From: Tubiluchus corallicola | Lineage: Eukaryota > Animalia > Priapulida | DNA length: 64,000 bases | Direction: 5' to 3' | NCBI GenBank assembly: GCA_030141605.1 | Contig: JAQGDQ010000011.1 | Span: 430,066-494,065 of the forward strand | In this document: in pieces, positions 12,710 to 23,584 of the stretch | Position numbering within the stretch: position 1 is the stretch's first letter | How the letters are laid out: each line of letters starts with the position of its first letter | Notes under the pieces: generated by a model | Database searches by the model: none | The model's input: only the letters and a program-made list of their open reading frames with translations | Told to the model about the DNA's origin: nothing | Program-made: the position numbers and the translations under genes

Positions 12710-15700
12710 GCACGCACGCGTGCGCCCACACACTCACTCACACACGCACGCATGCACACGCGTGCACACGCACACATACGCATAGTCACCTACAGATATA
12801 ACCTAGATATACGATAGTTTAAAAATATTTTATGAAGAATGGGTAGCGAAAGACCATTTTGGTCATCTAGTCAGCTGCCCTTTCAATAAACAGAACGGAC
12901 ATTTGACTCTTACCAGGGTAATACATTTGCCACCAATTAGCCGCAGGTATCCACTCAGAGTAGTGTGTTGCGTTGCGTGAATACGCCCCAAAAGTTGCAG
13001 GAATGAAATCGAAGGTGATTAATAAAACTAATATCATATATGACCCTGATATAGCAATTAAAACCTGAAAGCAAAAAATATGTGGCTAGAGTTAAAGCAT
13101 CAAGTGTGATTATGATTTTTATTTGATTATATTTACATTTATAATAACAAGTTTATTTTAACTATTAATACATTTTGCTAACAAATAAAAGTAATTGGAT
13201 AACATATTTTATCGTTTGTCAAGTTCTGGTCACTGCACGTGAGTCTAAAGTCACAGGACTTAACTCATTACACCAAGTCTCAAGCAGACTTAGCTGAGGA
13301 GATTCTAAGATAGTCCACAGTTTAGTCTGTCAAATTTCAGAGCTAACCTACAATATTGTTAGCTGTTCCTAACGAGATCAAGTTTCTGTAGACATAAACA
13401 TGAAGTTTGATCATTTGCAATAATCGAGCATCAAGCAGTTTGTTTAATAAAAGGGTGATAATCCTAAAAATTACTTCTTCGAATGAGCTATATTTTGACT
13501 TTCTTGGAATACTTTTGTTTTGCCATAAAATTGTGGCTTCTCGTCTTGCGACTTGTGCACATATTTCTTGCGCGCAAATAATTGCTATACTTCAATTTTT
13601 TATTGTACCCATCCCCATCTAGACCTGTCATGTTTTATTCTACAGACAGTATGAGTTATACTGTCTGCAGAATAAAGGTATAGTATATGCTATACACATT
13701 TTTATAGTATAATCAAAATTTTTGCTTCTTGTATACTCTTCTTCTTCTTCTTCTTATCAGGTTGCCAAGCTAACATTGTATGCCCTGTCATAAATACTTC
13801 AGACTTTTCTGTTTCAGTTTTTCTTTTCTCTAGCTTTGTTTTAGTGGCGCATGCATCGGTCGTTGGCACACAGTACTGAAGATCAAGTTACGACCTAAAA
13901 GTAGAAGGTCTTGTAGAAGGGCGAACTGTGCAAACTGCTCACCGAAAAGAGACGGAACACTGGGTAGGATATTCGGTGGATCCTCTTCTTCAGAGTGCAT
14001 TGTAAGCAAGGTATCATAATCTTGCTAGCATACAGGGATGAAAAAAGCAGCAAAGCCAAAGTTCTGAAAAAACGTGAAAAAATAATTATTTAAACGCCAT
14101 CAACATTGCGAAAAACAATGACTTAAATGCTTACAATATTGTAAAAAGACAATTATTTAAATGCCCACAACAAAGTGAAAATACAATGATCTGAATGCCC
14201 ACAATATTGTAAGAATACAACGTTTTAAATGCCTACAAAATTGTATGAATACAATGATTCAAATGTCCACAACATTGTAAGAATATGGTGACTTAAACGC
14301 AACCAACAATGCAAGAATACAATGAACGCAAGAACGCAATAACTTAAATGCACAGAACAATGCAAGAACACAATGACTTAAATACACCCAACAATGTAAG
14401 AACACAATGATTAAATTGCATTGAATAATGTAAGAACACAATGACTTAAATACACACAACAATCTAAAAACGCAAGACTAAAATGCACTGAATAATGTAA
14501 GAACACAATGATTTAAATGCACACAACAATGTAAATATACAATCACACACCAGCACAAGAGCACAATGACTTAAATGCACACGAAAATGGAAGAATACGA
14601 TCACTTAAATGCCTACAGCACTATAAGAATAAAATGACTTAAGCACCTACAACATTGCAAGACTACAATGACTTAAATGCACACAACAACATAAGAATGC
14701 AATGACTCGAATGCACACAGCAATTTAAGAACGCAATAATATAAATACACACAACAGTGTAAGAACACATGTAGACAACAGTGTAAGAATACAGTGACTT
14801 AAATGCCCACGACATTGTGAAGCTACAATGATTTAATTGCCCATAATGTTGTAAGAATACAATGATCTCCACAACATTTAAAATCGTCTGTTATCGGTTA
14901 ACCATAAGCTTCACAAGCTTACGTTAAGAATTGCTTACGTTCAGTGTAATGTAGCGTAGTGCAGTGTAGTTCACTGTAAGTGTAGTATAATGTAGTATAG
15001 TGTAATGTAGTGTAGTGTAGTGTGGTGTGGTGTGGTGTGGTGTGGTGTGGTGTGGTGTGGTGTGGTGTGGTGTAGTGTAGTGTAGTGTAGTGTAGTGTAG
15101 TGTAGTGCAGTGAAATGTGTTGTAACAGTGATGATTTTGAGACATAAGCATTCTAATGACCTCTGTCGTGTTTATAAACACTTTTTAGTTGACAGTTTTA
15201 CTTTAATAGTCTACATACAATAAAGAAAATCCCCAGTGCATCTGGCATAGACTCCTGCATGCTGAAAGAACTTGAACAGAAGTTATGGTTATACTGGCTG
15301 CTATTGTCAGAGAACTGAGACGATGTAATAAATAACCAAAAATTCCCAGTGAACCAAGTAATATCTCCAAGCAACCTGCTAGCATTACACCACCTTGCAA
15401 CTGAAAAAACAAAATCGGTTCCCGTTTATTGGTAGGGAGACAGTGCCCAAAATTGAGTAAAAACGTGCATTGAACTTGCAGGAAACGGTGTCTCTGTGAA
15501 TTGTTAACTAAAAAAAATTGCTTTTTAATTACACAAGACAATATGACTAATTTACCTTTTCCATGTTGACAATCCATTCTGGAGTGGTAGTGTTGACTAT
15601 AATGGAATCTGTAAAACTATAAACTGAAAGAATAACCCAGTAAATCCACAAAATTATAATTACTTCTAAACGATTTATATTCGCATTATGTCTGTAGTAT

Positions 15701-18700
15701 TAGCATGTCTTTCAATTACATTCACGTGACATGAATAGGGCCACGGAAATAGTCGAATGAGTTAGGCTGTACACTTGGTTATGAATGTTAAACAGCGCCG
15801 AGTTTGATTAGCAAATTGTTGGGCGAGCACCAGTAATGCCATAATGTAATTACTATAGATACTATAAATAATTGCGGAGAGTTATTGAATATCATGATGC
15901 CATGATGGATTACTGGTGCATCAGTAACTATAGTTTACTCGCAGTAAGGTTACTAATACATTAATAATTTCCCTCATGGTATCTGTACTTCCAAGAAAGC
16001 ATACTGTAACTGTCCACAATTAAACACAATATAGAAAAACGTGTGTCAGCTTTAATTTGCTATTGCTAAAACGATCAAGTTTAGTTTTAATAACCTACGT
16101 CGGGATATTTTGTCTGCCCGTTTGTCTCAATGAGGACCGTGTTAAAAAACGACAGGGTTTCACTTTGATTACTAGGTATATTCCGATTCCACCACAACTG
16201 TTTAACATTGCATTGTAGAGGCACGATTGCAGTATTCGCATGCGCACAGTAAGCAAAATATAAATGAGATAAATTAATTGAAAACTCTTATTTTTCCTGC
16301 GAGTCTCTCTCGGGTTTACTTTTGTACGATAAATTTTGTAAATTTCAACTAGCAGAGTATCATTTTGCAAGTTTTTATGCATTGCATCAGACTGTGAGCC
16401 TGAATCTGGCACTGAAAACTAGAGAACATGCTTAACATGGATATTAGTGGTGGGACCGAAACTTACTCCATTATCAAAGCTTATCTCTACTATCCTCGGG
16501 ATTTAATGTTTCTTTCATCATTGAGAATAACTGAGGGTTATATGGCCCAAAGTATTTTTTCCTACAACCATTTATCCATTCGCTGATCAGGTTCACCGTT
16601 ATTTAACTTGGTTGTCAGGCACATATCGTGGCCACTTAGGTGCTTTCTTCAGCTTAGCATGTACATTAGATTGTAATTAATGTAGATGTGGTACTAATGC
16701 GGCTACTAATAATACAGATTACGCTGGTATGCGAAGGTATCAAATATTATATATTCAGAAGAAACTTATACCATTTAAACTTGTGCTGTTTTCAAAACAA
16801 TCTTCTTGGAGAGTAAATAATGGAAACGACTGTCCAGGTAACGGTACCATCATCAAAGGCAATCTAAAAACATTCACAAATTACATAAACTCAAAAATAT
16901 TTTTTTTAAATTATATATACTAGGTGTCAGGAAATGATGGATCCCTATACTCAAAAGTTACCACAAGCGGACACAAACCTATTTTTAATAGTTTAATCGT
17001 ATAATATCATATAACTATTTAAGATTTAATCAGTTTTAAAATTCCTTCCACTCCTTATTGTCAGAAATCAAAAGTCAGCGAAGTTCTTGAAGAAATGTGT
17101 CATGACATCACTTTCATTGAGAAAAATTGATTAATCGTCCATTTGTGGCTTTCAGAGCTCCAAATAAAGGTAGTTGTTGACATTATAATAATTGTTGTTC
17201 ACTTAAACTCAATCGAGTAATTAATCAATTAATTAATTGAAGAATGTAGCTAGTTAAATGACGTGTTATTTTTCACAGTATTAGTAATCGATGTTTGTTT
17301 TCAGTCTTTGGTAAAAATTTTTTAGCAAAAAAGCATTCGAACCAAGAACACCCGTTTCGATTTGAGGGAATTTCGATTTGAGGGAATGATCAGCTGAAAT
17401 TGTAGACATTGGGCAGGTTGATCACCAAAATAAAAGAAATATGCTCTCAAGGTAGATAAACACAACAGTAATCCAACAAAAAAAAAACAGATACTGCTAT
17501 TTCAGTGGCTTGTCAGTACCTTTTTCTGCAAAAGTACTTGTGCTTGGAAGTGGTGCTAACAAGCTAATGGTAGAACAGTATTTTTGCTGAATTACTGCTG
17601 TGTTTACCTGTCTTGAGGGCGGATTTCTTTTATTTTAGAATTCTGTCCTCCCAATGTCTGTAATAGATATAATTGGCATATGATGATGATGATGACGAAG
17701 AAAGATCAGAGAATTATAAAAATGCATGTTCCGCGGTTCGAAGGAAAATAAATTCTCAGCAGTTGATATAATTTGCACCAATGAAGCTAGGAATCTGCCA
17801 TGACAGCCAAGGCCCGCAATTCTTCACAGCACACAGAAATACTTCAGGAAGATTGCTGTAATTAAGTTTCATTCATAAAGTAATAGTATTTTTTCATCAA
17901 GCCATTGATATAATATTAGTTTTGGGCACTGCTAATCCTGCTTGTAGTTTTTTATAGAGTGTATTCAAGAAACTCAACTCGGTTTCTTAACAGTCTGTAT
18001 CTAATAGTTACCAACTTTTCAAGAGTAAGACTGTCTTAAAAATTTTGAAATTTTTTCAACAGTGACTCGAAACGAAACGCAAATTCTACCAACAATAACA
18101 TTATACAATACAGTAAGTCCTCGCTTCGCGACGTTAATGCGTCAAGCAAAACGCGTCGTTAAGCAAAACGTCTCTGGGCATCGCTAAACGAGGCCTTGCT
18201 GTACAATGTACATGCATACAGCATAAAATTTTTAAAATGCCTGTGAAATCTCACTGATTGTTTCTGTTAATTGTCTCACCTGCAACCAAATAACACTTGT
18301 AGGATAGTCGCAAAACCAGATGTTGCCGCCATACTGGCAAAGAGACTGGATTTCACTTTAGGTTCGTCACTCAGACAAAGATGAAGTGACATTGAAAGAC
18401 ACGAGAGAAACACAGCGCCAAGAAGCACTACCACATGCTGCAATACAAGAGAAATTAAAATAAGTATAACTTATTGAAAAAATATACTTATAAATTATAA
18501 TAGACCTGCCCACAAAGGTGACACAGTAAACAGCAATGCAAATTTCATTATGCCACCTTGATAAGTGACAATGAGTTTTAAGTGATTCTAAAAGATAGCG
18601 TAAGTATGTCTATTTTATTGTAACGAACACGACATTTGTGAGTGTTATACGTTTTAGTTTGTGACGTTATTATACTTATCAGTTTTACGTTGAAATGTGT

Positions 18701-19941
18701 TCGATGTATCGACGTATTGATGTTGTGTATGGATATTATTACTTGTATTATTTGCTTGATGTCGTTTGTAGATTTGATAGTTTCACACCTTAACACTGTT
18801 GCAAACAAACATCAGTTAATTTTAACTGGTTATAAATAATCTGTTTGCCATTATATAATTTTTGCACTTTTAATAAATGCCACATTACATCAGCAAGTTT
18901 AAAATCTTTAGCTGCTTCAAGACTAAAGACAATAATTTGAATTGCGCTTTGATTTTATCAGCATTTACCATGAAAATGTGAAAGTTACAGTCAGTAGAGA
19001 TGTCTGCCATATTCGGCTATGCATACATACGCCCTCAACCAGGTCAGTCATCCTGCGTAGCATGGCAGACGAAATCATCCAAAGACAGTTATCCACTTAC
19101 TGACTAAGCTAGGCATTACTTAACTTTAGTCGCTAAGTGTACAGAGTGACCAATATTCACGAAAACAATGCACGTAGTCAATAGATAGAGTAACTGCGAA
19201 CTGTGAATATATTACAGTACTGGTGACTGATTTGAAACACTTGATGTGAAGAATGAAAATACTGTAGATCGCATCTTGAAACTACCGCATAACTACATCA
19301 TTACTACATCGAAGTTACCTGAAAGGCAAGTGCAATGTTCAAGCACCATGGTGGACTGTCATTGTATTTGTACAGCAACTGAGACTGATTGCCAGCTTGG
19401 AAATGCCTTTCCTCAAAGACGGCACCAGATGGTCTTCTTGAAGGATCTTCATTGGGAATTGTCAGGTTAAAGTCAAAATCGTCTATAACACAGTGGAAAA
19501 ATGCTATTCAAATCATTACCATATTAGTTGGTTAGATCTAGCTAAGCACCAATACTTTTTCCTGCTGTTCAATTGTTATACATACAGAAATCAATCAGAA
19601 ATGTCACTTGTCACTGTCATTCAAAGGCGTAAAATTTGCATTGAATGTTATCGTGATTATTAAAAAACACCATGCATCAAAACTTTCGCTCGTTAGTGTT
19701 AGTTACAGAGATTTGGTAGTACTAAACGCACTAAAATGTTGTTGAAATATTAGATTCTGTTACTAAATGCAACGAGAATAAAGAAAGTTAGTTTTCAGAT
19801 TTGTTGCGGACGCCCAAAGGCTCTGATTTGAGGTAATCTAGAAGAAAATGTTTATTTCTGTCTGGCTATGATGCAGAATTTCAGATATTGAACTCTTTCG
19901 AACTTACCATTATCAGTTTCCGAATCTGAATCGTTCGTCAT
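5961..19941 (-). CDS. SLC23/NAT (NCS2) nucleobase-ascorbate transporter family protein, 13 exons, 650 aa, divergent
   Basis: complement(join 19941-19908, 19482-19319, 18437-18280, 16863-16772, 15608-15556, 15400-15219, 14063-13943, 13064-12914, 9704-9589, 8469-8335, 7732-7459, 6905-6813, 6340-5961) = 1953 nt. All introns GT-AG, phases consistent, no internal stops. Family motifs: LLYKYNDSPPW..LAFQH, LQVLFGCRLP, LQGGVM, HWG, YPGQFGTP, PPAHAVNRAIMVEG, SHRNL, LDVTAPG, YKLP..W..YVTFLPTF. Confidence 0.9.
6375..6730. repeat. degenerate trinucleotide microsatellite (AAC/AGC/ACAGTA)
   Basis: Fills most of the last SLC23 intron. Confidence 0.9.
6813..6905 (-). CDS. SLC23-like exon 12
   Basis: VKEIDNGLFSLLGG..GVLLDVTAP(G); tgcag acceptor, gtaaa donor. 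Confidence 0.9.
7459..7732 (-). CDS. SLC23-like exon 11
   Basis: VVSRTTII..KFIIAFTTVP..GISYAQ..SHRNLITFG..ISTG; ctccag acceptor, gtata donor. Confidence 0.9.
7935..8130. repeat. degenerate (ACAG)n microsatellite
   Basis: agac/agat/aggc runs. Confidence 0.8.
8335..8469 (-). CDS. SLC23-like exon 10 (TM9-10, NAT motif region)
   Basis: VPLPPAHAVNRAIMVEGLASLIGG..TTFVPSVGITALTQ; ttatag acceptor, gtaac donor. Confidence 0.9.
8570..9490. repeat. compound pentanucleotide microsatellite (AGGTY, then AGCCA, then AGGCA)
   Basis: Visible 5-mer periodicity; perfect (AAGGC)n at about 9350-9420. Confidence 0.9.
9589..9704 (-). CDS. SLC23-like exon 9 (TM8)
   Basis: QFGTPRF..SSIANSICCYIAVSKITQ; cacag acceptor, gtacg donor. 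Confidence 0.85.
10221..10388. mobile_element. small inverted-repeat element (MITE-like) with internal degenerate (CCCTAA)n
   Basis: Arms ATTGTTGAACAG..GTTTACAATTCCCCACACA and TGTGTGGGGAAATGTTAAC..CTGTTGAACAAT flank aaccctagccct..cctaaccctaacc. Confidence 0.6.
10641..11080 (-). mobile_element. family A TTAA-flanked element, inverted copy; inner end approximate
   Basis: TTAA+AGGACAAGAAAAGGGGTGCCTGAAGTAGG terminus is the reverse complement of the end at 38285; core AAAATGGCTGCGCCTAACGGTCAT. Confidence 0.75.
11645..11850. repeat. degenerate ~25-bp minisatellite (AATGGCAACACTGTG..)
   Basis: About 7-8 imperfect units. Confidence 0.65.
12290..12785. repeat. (AATG)n followed by (AC/ACGC)n microsatellites
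   Basis: Direct inspection. Confidence 0.9.
12914..13064 (-). CDS. SLC23-like exon 8
   Basis: VLIAISGSY..ANWWQMYYP(G); tttcag acceptor, gtaag donor. Confidence 0.85.
13943..14063 (-). CDS. SLC23-like exon 7
   Basis: TLALLLFSSLYASKIMIP..YPVFRLFS; tttcag acceptor, gtgag donor. Confidence 0.85.
14090..14880. repeat. 34-bp minisatellite, about 23 copies
   Basis: Unit approximately AATGTAAGAACACAATGACTTAAATGCACACAAC; units start at 14393 and 14427. Confidence 0.9.
14943..15112. repeat. (AGTGT)n/(GGTGT)n microsatellite
   Basis: Direct inspection. Confidence 0.9.
15219..15400 (-). CDS. SLC23-like exon 6
   Basis: LQGGVMLAGCLEILLGSLGIFGYLL..LTIA..HWGFSL; tttcag acceptor, gtatg donor. Confidence 0.9.
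15556..15608 (-). CDS. SLC23-like exon 5
   Basis: SIIVNTTTPEWIVNMEK (family W..RMRE position); ttacag acceptor, gtaaa donor. Confidence 0.75.
16772..16863 (-). CDS. SLC23-like exon 4
   Basis: LPLMMVPLPGQSFPLF..; ttttag acceptor, gtata donor; phases 2 to 1. Confidence 0.75.
17399..17664. mobile_element. palindromic MITE-like element (arms about 110-120 bp)
   Basis: ATTGTAGACATTGG..AAAATAAAAGAAATATGCTCTCAAG pairs with CTTGAGGGCGGATTTCTTTTATTTT..CCAATGTCTGTAAT. A fragment of the right arm recurs at about 20972-21028. Confidence 0.75.
18111..18201. mobile_element. 91-bp Tc1/mariner (pogo/Tigger-like) MITE
   Basis: TA flanks both ends; TIR CAGTAAGTCCTCG / CGAGGCCTTGCTG. Confidence 0.7.
18280..18437 (-). 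CDS. SLC23-like exon 3
   Basis: HVVVLLG..LCLSDEP..SGFATILQVLFGC(R); tgcag acceptor, gtgag donor. Confidence 0.9.
19319..19482 (-). CDS. SLC23-like exon 2
   Basis: ..LLYKYNDSPPWCLNIALAFQ; ttatag acceptor, gtaac donor. Confidence 0.85.
19908..19941 (-). CDS. SLC23-like exon 1 (MTNDSDSETDN)
   Basis: ATG at 19941, GTAAG donor, phase 1 matches exon 2. Confidence 0.65.
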
Positions 19942-21041
19942 GTTAAGAACAAGTTTCGGAACAACCCGTTCTATTTCCATAGTTCAGGAACGTTCCAGGC
20001 ACACTCAACATTACGCGACTAACAGGTCTGATTATCAAACTGTGTCCAACCACCAGGTATAACATGCACAGCAGTGGCTTCAGAAGAACTAAGACGAAAG
20101 AGAAGCCAAACATCTCCGTGTGTGCGGGTAGTAGTAGCCCTATATTCCTCGTTCTATAAATAAAACTCAACTAAACTGAATTGTGTAAGTATTTTTTCAG
20201 CCTATAAAAATTAACTGCTAGCGATCTACCAGCTGGCTGGTTTCTATGCATAAAAGTGGCTTCCTTTAAAGACTGAAGGCGCTAAGCGTGCATTAGTGTA
20301 AAAAAGAGCAGATGATAAACATGAAATTATATAAAAGTTGTGGACTTTAGGTGTGCATTTAAACAGAATAATAGAAATTCTAGGCGTATATGTAGAGTCA
20401 CATAAAATCTGTTGGTTGAAATTGAAGGAATCTGTCTATTTTGATGCAGGCTTTTTTAATGACATGTAAACAAAATGGAGGTTCTATAACTGTTGGCAAA
20501 TCTTTTGTTAAAGATAGACCAGCTTCTGTTAGTTCGGTAATAATTTTAGTAGATGACGACACAAGCATTGTAAATCATGCTGGCAAAAGTATATTAGTTC
20601 ACCCAGGGTGTCCTAATTGAAAAGGACAATATAGAGAAGGCGCAACTCGATTGCGTTCCTGACACAGTAGATATAAAATGCAACACGCATCCATATTTAA
20701 TATGTTAATTCACATTCATATCAGAAGTCAAATTAAGAACTCTTAGCCAGTTTTGTCTAGGTACAGCGTCCATGATTGATTTCAACATGGCTGCTTGACA
20801 TTCACGGTGTCAAGTCATTTCCGAGCATGTCTTTATCGTTGACATTGAAAGTCAGACGTAGGCCTGCAATCCTGAGAGCTCAATACACTTGCGAATAATT
20901 GACAAATGTCACATTAGGTTACGTTGCATTATAATTATTGCGTTGCATTACGTTATTTTATAATCCCTGTTTCTTCGAGGGCGGATTTCTTTTATTTCAG
21001 AATTCTGCCTGTCCAATGCTCACAGTAGAAGTAACGGGCGT

Positions 21042-21076
21042 TGATGTTGATGATGATGATGACGACGATTATGATA

Positions 21077-21137
<61 letters not shown>
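21042..21137. repeat. (GAT)n microsatellite
   Basis: Direct inspection. Confidence 0.95.
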
Positions 21138-21138
<1 letters not shown>

Positions 21139-21892
21139 GTTTCTTCGAGACGCCATCTATTTGCTTTTGAATAGTGGATATGCCATTCCCTGAGACAACC
21201 ATATCCAATTCTGAGCGTAACATCTAATTCATATCGAAATAATGTAGGTATGGGTGCCATTTCAAGGAGGAATTGAGCTATTATTCTGAGACAAATACAT
21301 TACTGTGTTCAACAAGTATTTTAAGATGGAATTTTTACAATGTCATGTCCTCTGAGAGTCCATAATAATGTTGCTTCGTATGAAGAGTTTTAAAACTGAA
21401 TTTGTGTCCGAGTTTTTATAAATTTAATACAATAGTAATAGAGCGAAGAGTCTGCCGATCAAGTTACACCATTCACATTGTGACTGACAAAGTGTGAGCT
21501 GAACAATTAAGCATTGGAAAAAATTATTTTTGTAAACAACAATAAAAACATTTATTCAAGTCACACATAACAAGAAGGAAGCTCAGTGGTCAGTTTAACA
21601 AGCCTCATAAGTTTTATAATTTTTATGCATTAAAATACTTTTGTACAAGATGTTAAAGAGCACCATAGCGCATTAATACAAAAGTCATGAAGTGACTATG
21701 GTTTTTTAGTACGAAGCCAACTTATAATTTGTGGATATTCACTGTAAGGCTCAATCAAATTAAAACAAACCTTGTCTAAGGCTCTTTAAATACATACGTC
21801 AAAAATAATAATGAAAAACTCACCGAGATTAAAGAGGAACAAATCACATAAGAAGCATCATAGGGTTTATTTTAACAAACCGAACTATATTT

Positions 21893-22287
21893 TAGGGGTG
21901 AGCATTCTCTATCTGAAAGCGAATTTGAATCGAAGGGCATTTTCTACTTTTGATTGCGAATCAAACCGAATTTCAAGATTTCCAATCCGACTCAAATTTG
22001 AATTCAGTTTTAATGATTTTCAAATCACTAATTTAAAGCAGACTTACAAATATCGTGCAAATACTTGGTTTTCTTTTGCAGTAAAACACTAATAATTTGT
22101 TTAGAAATTGTCCACAGAAATCACAGTTAAATTGCGCTGATCATCAGTGCTGTTTCAAACGTTTTAATGATAAAAAGCTTTTGTAGTTGAACTGGTGAAT
22201 TATTCGAATCCACAATTTTAGATTCGAATTGAATTCGAATTAAAAAAACTCATCGAATCAAACTCAAACGTTTGATGCTCACCCCTA
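21893..22287. mobile_element. hAT-type MITE (395 bp)
   Basis: 13-bp TIR TAGGGGTGAGCAT / ATGCTCACCCCTA; 8-bp flanks CTATATTT / CTATATAA; subterminal CGAAT/ATTCG motifs. Confidence 0.8.
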
Positions 22288-23485
22288 CTATATAATTATT
22301 TTACATGAACTTTAAACAGAATTAATACGCCAAGTGACAAACTCCATATCCACCTAAAAATTAAGGTAGATACTACCTTACTTACAGTAAGTTATTTACA
22401 GTAGCCGTGAATAATAATAATTAATTTGAATACATTACTCAATAATGTACCATTAATAGCAGTATTCGTACGATTATATAATATTAGAATCAAATAATAT
22501 ATTTTATAAACAATTTTTTTCTTATCACAATACTGTATTTTATAGGCAATTTTTATACTTAGTTAAACCAAAAAACTGATTTAGTCTGAAGCCAGACGAT
22601 GAATTCAGACTGAATCAGACACCTAGTTCACTTTTTTACAATAAAATTAGTATTTACAAATGACAGAACATTATTTCGTTCTGTTACTAGGAAGAACAGT
22701 TCATACGGCTTTGGTTACTACTGTAGTTAAATATTGCACTACAAATTTAAACTGCAAAGTGCCTGTCACGTAGGCTAAAATTTAATTACAAACTCTCAGT
22801 TGGATATCTAGGGCTGATTCATTAAAGCCAACAATAACACTCGACACAAAGCCTGAAAAGCGCAAATTACTTTACCATTTACTAGATAATTGTGCAACCA
22901 ATTACAACTCAACTTCGTGGCTAAAAGTATGACACTGATAGTTTCATATCTGTGACGATTTAGTTCAAACTAGAGTTCCTGAGTATCACAAAATTAAACT
23001 GCCTGCTCCAAAACTAATACCTGCTGCCATCTGCAGAGAACGAAGTGAGGTAAAAGTTTTAAGAAACTACAATGCTTTACGAAGTGAAACAATAATTTGT
23101 TGGAAGAAGGCATTTAAATTGTTCTCACACGAAAATTAATTTATTACTAGTATAATCTAAAACGTAATAAATCGATTACACGCTTTTTTGGAAAACACCG
23201 TACCCGTACATCATGGATTTTTTTACAAACGCATTTCACGAAGTTTATCTATAGCCAGTCAGTATATAGGCCTATAAAATCGGTTGACTGGCTTGTTATA
23301 AGTTCGAAGGCCCAGATAAGAATTCATACACGTAAGAGACTCGTTGGTGAAAAGAAAGGCTTTTTCTTGCAAAACTGAAAACATCTTCCAGGTTTCCGTT
23401 TTTCTCTCCATCAGCATGTTTTGGAGCTCACACATTTTTGCAGTTTACGGACCGTGTTAAGTCCAAAGTTTAGGCCTAATAAGAC

Positions 23486-23584
23486 TCAAAATTCACGGTC
23501 CCAGCCTGTGACGTCATCAGGTGGTGGAGTGTCAGTGTCTTCCGGGTAGTCGTCGAAATTCGACATGTCAAACGGATCAACTAC
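23486..23584 (-). CDS. PRKG1: PKG last exon (AGC tail)
   Basis: [32 protein letters not shown]. Confidence 0.92.
   Translation of the reverse strand, partial: VVDPFDMSNFDDYPEDTDTPPPDDVTGWDREF

Noticed and set aside
20938-21260. Poly-Asp/His/Ser ORFs
   Set aside because: (GAT)n tract, possibly a retroelement tail.
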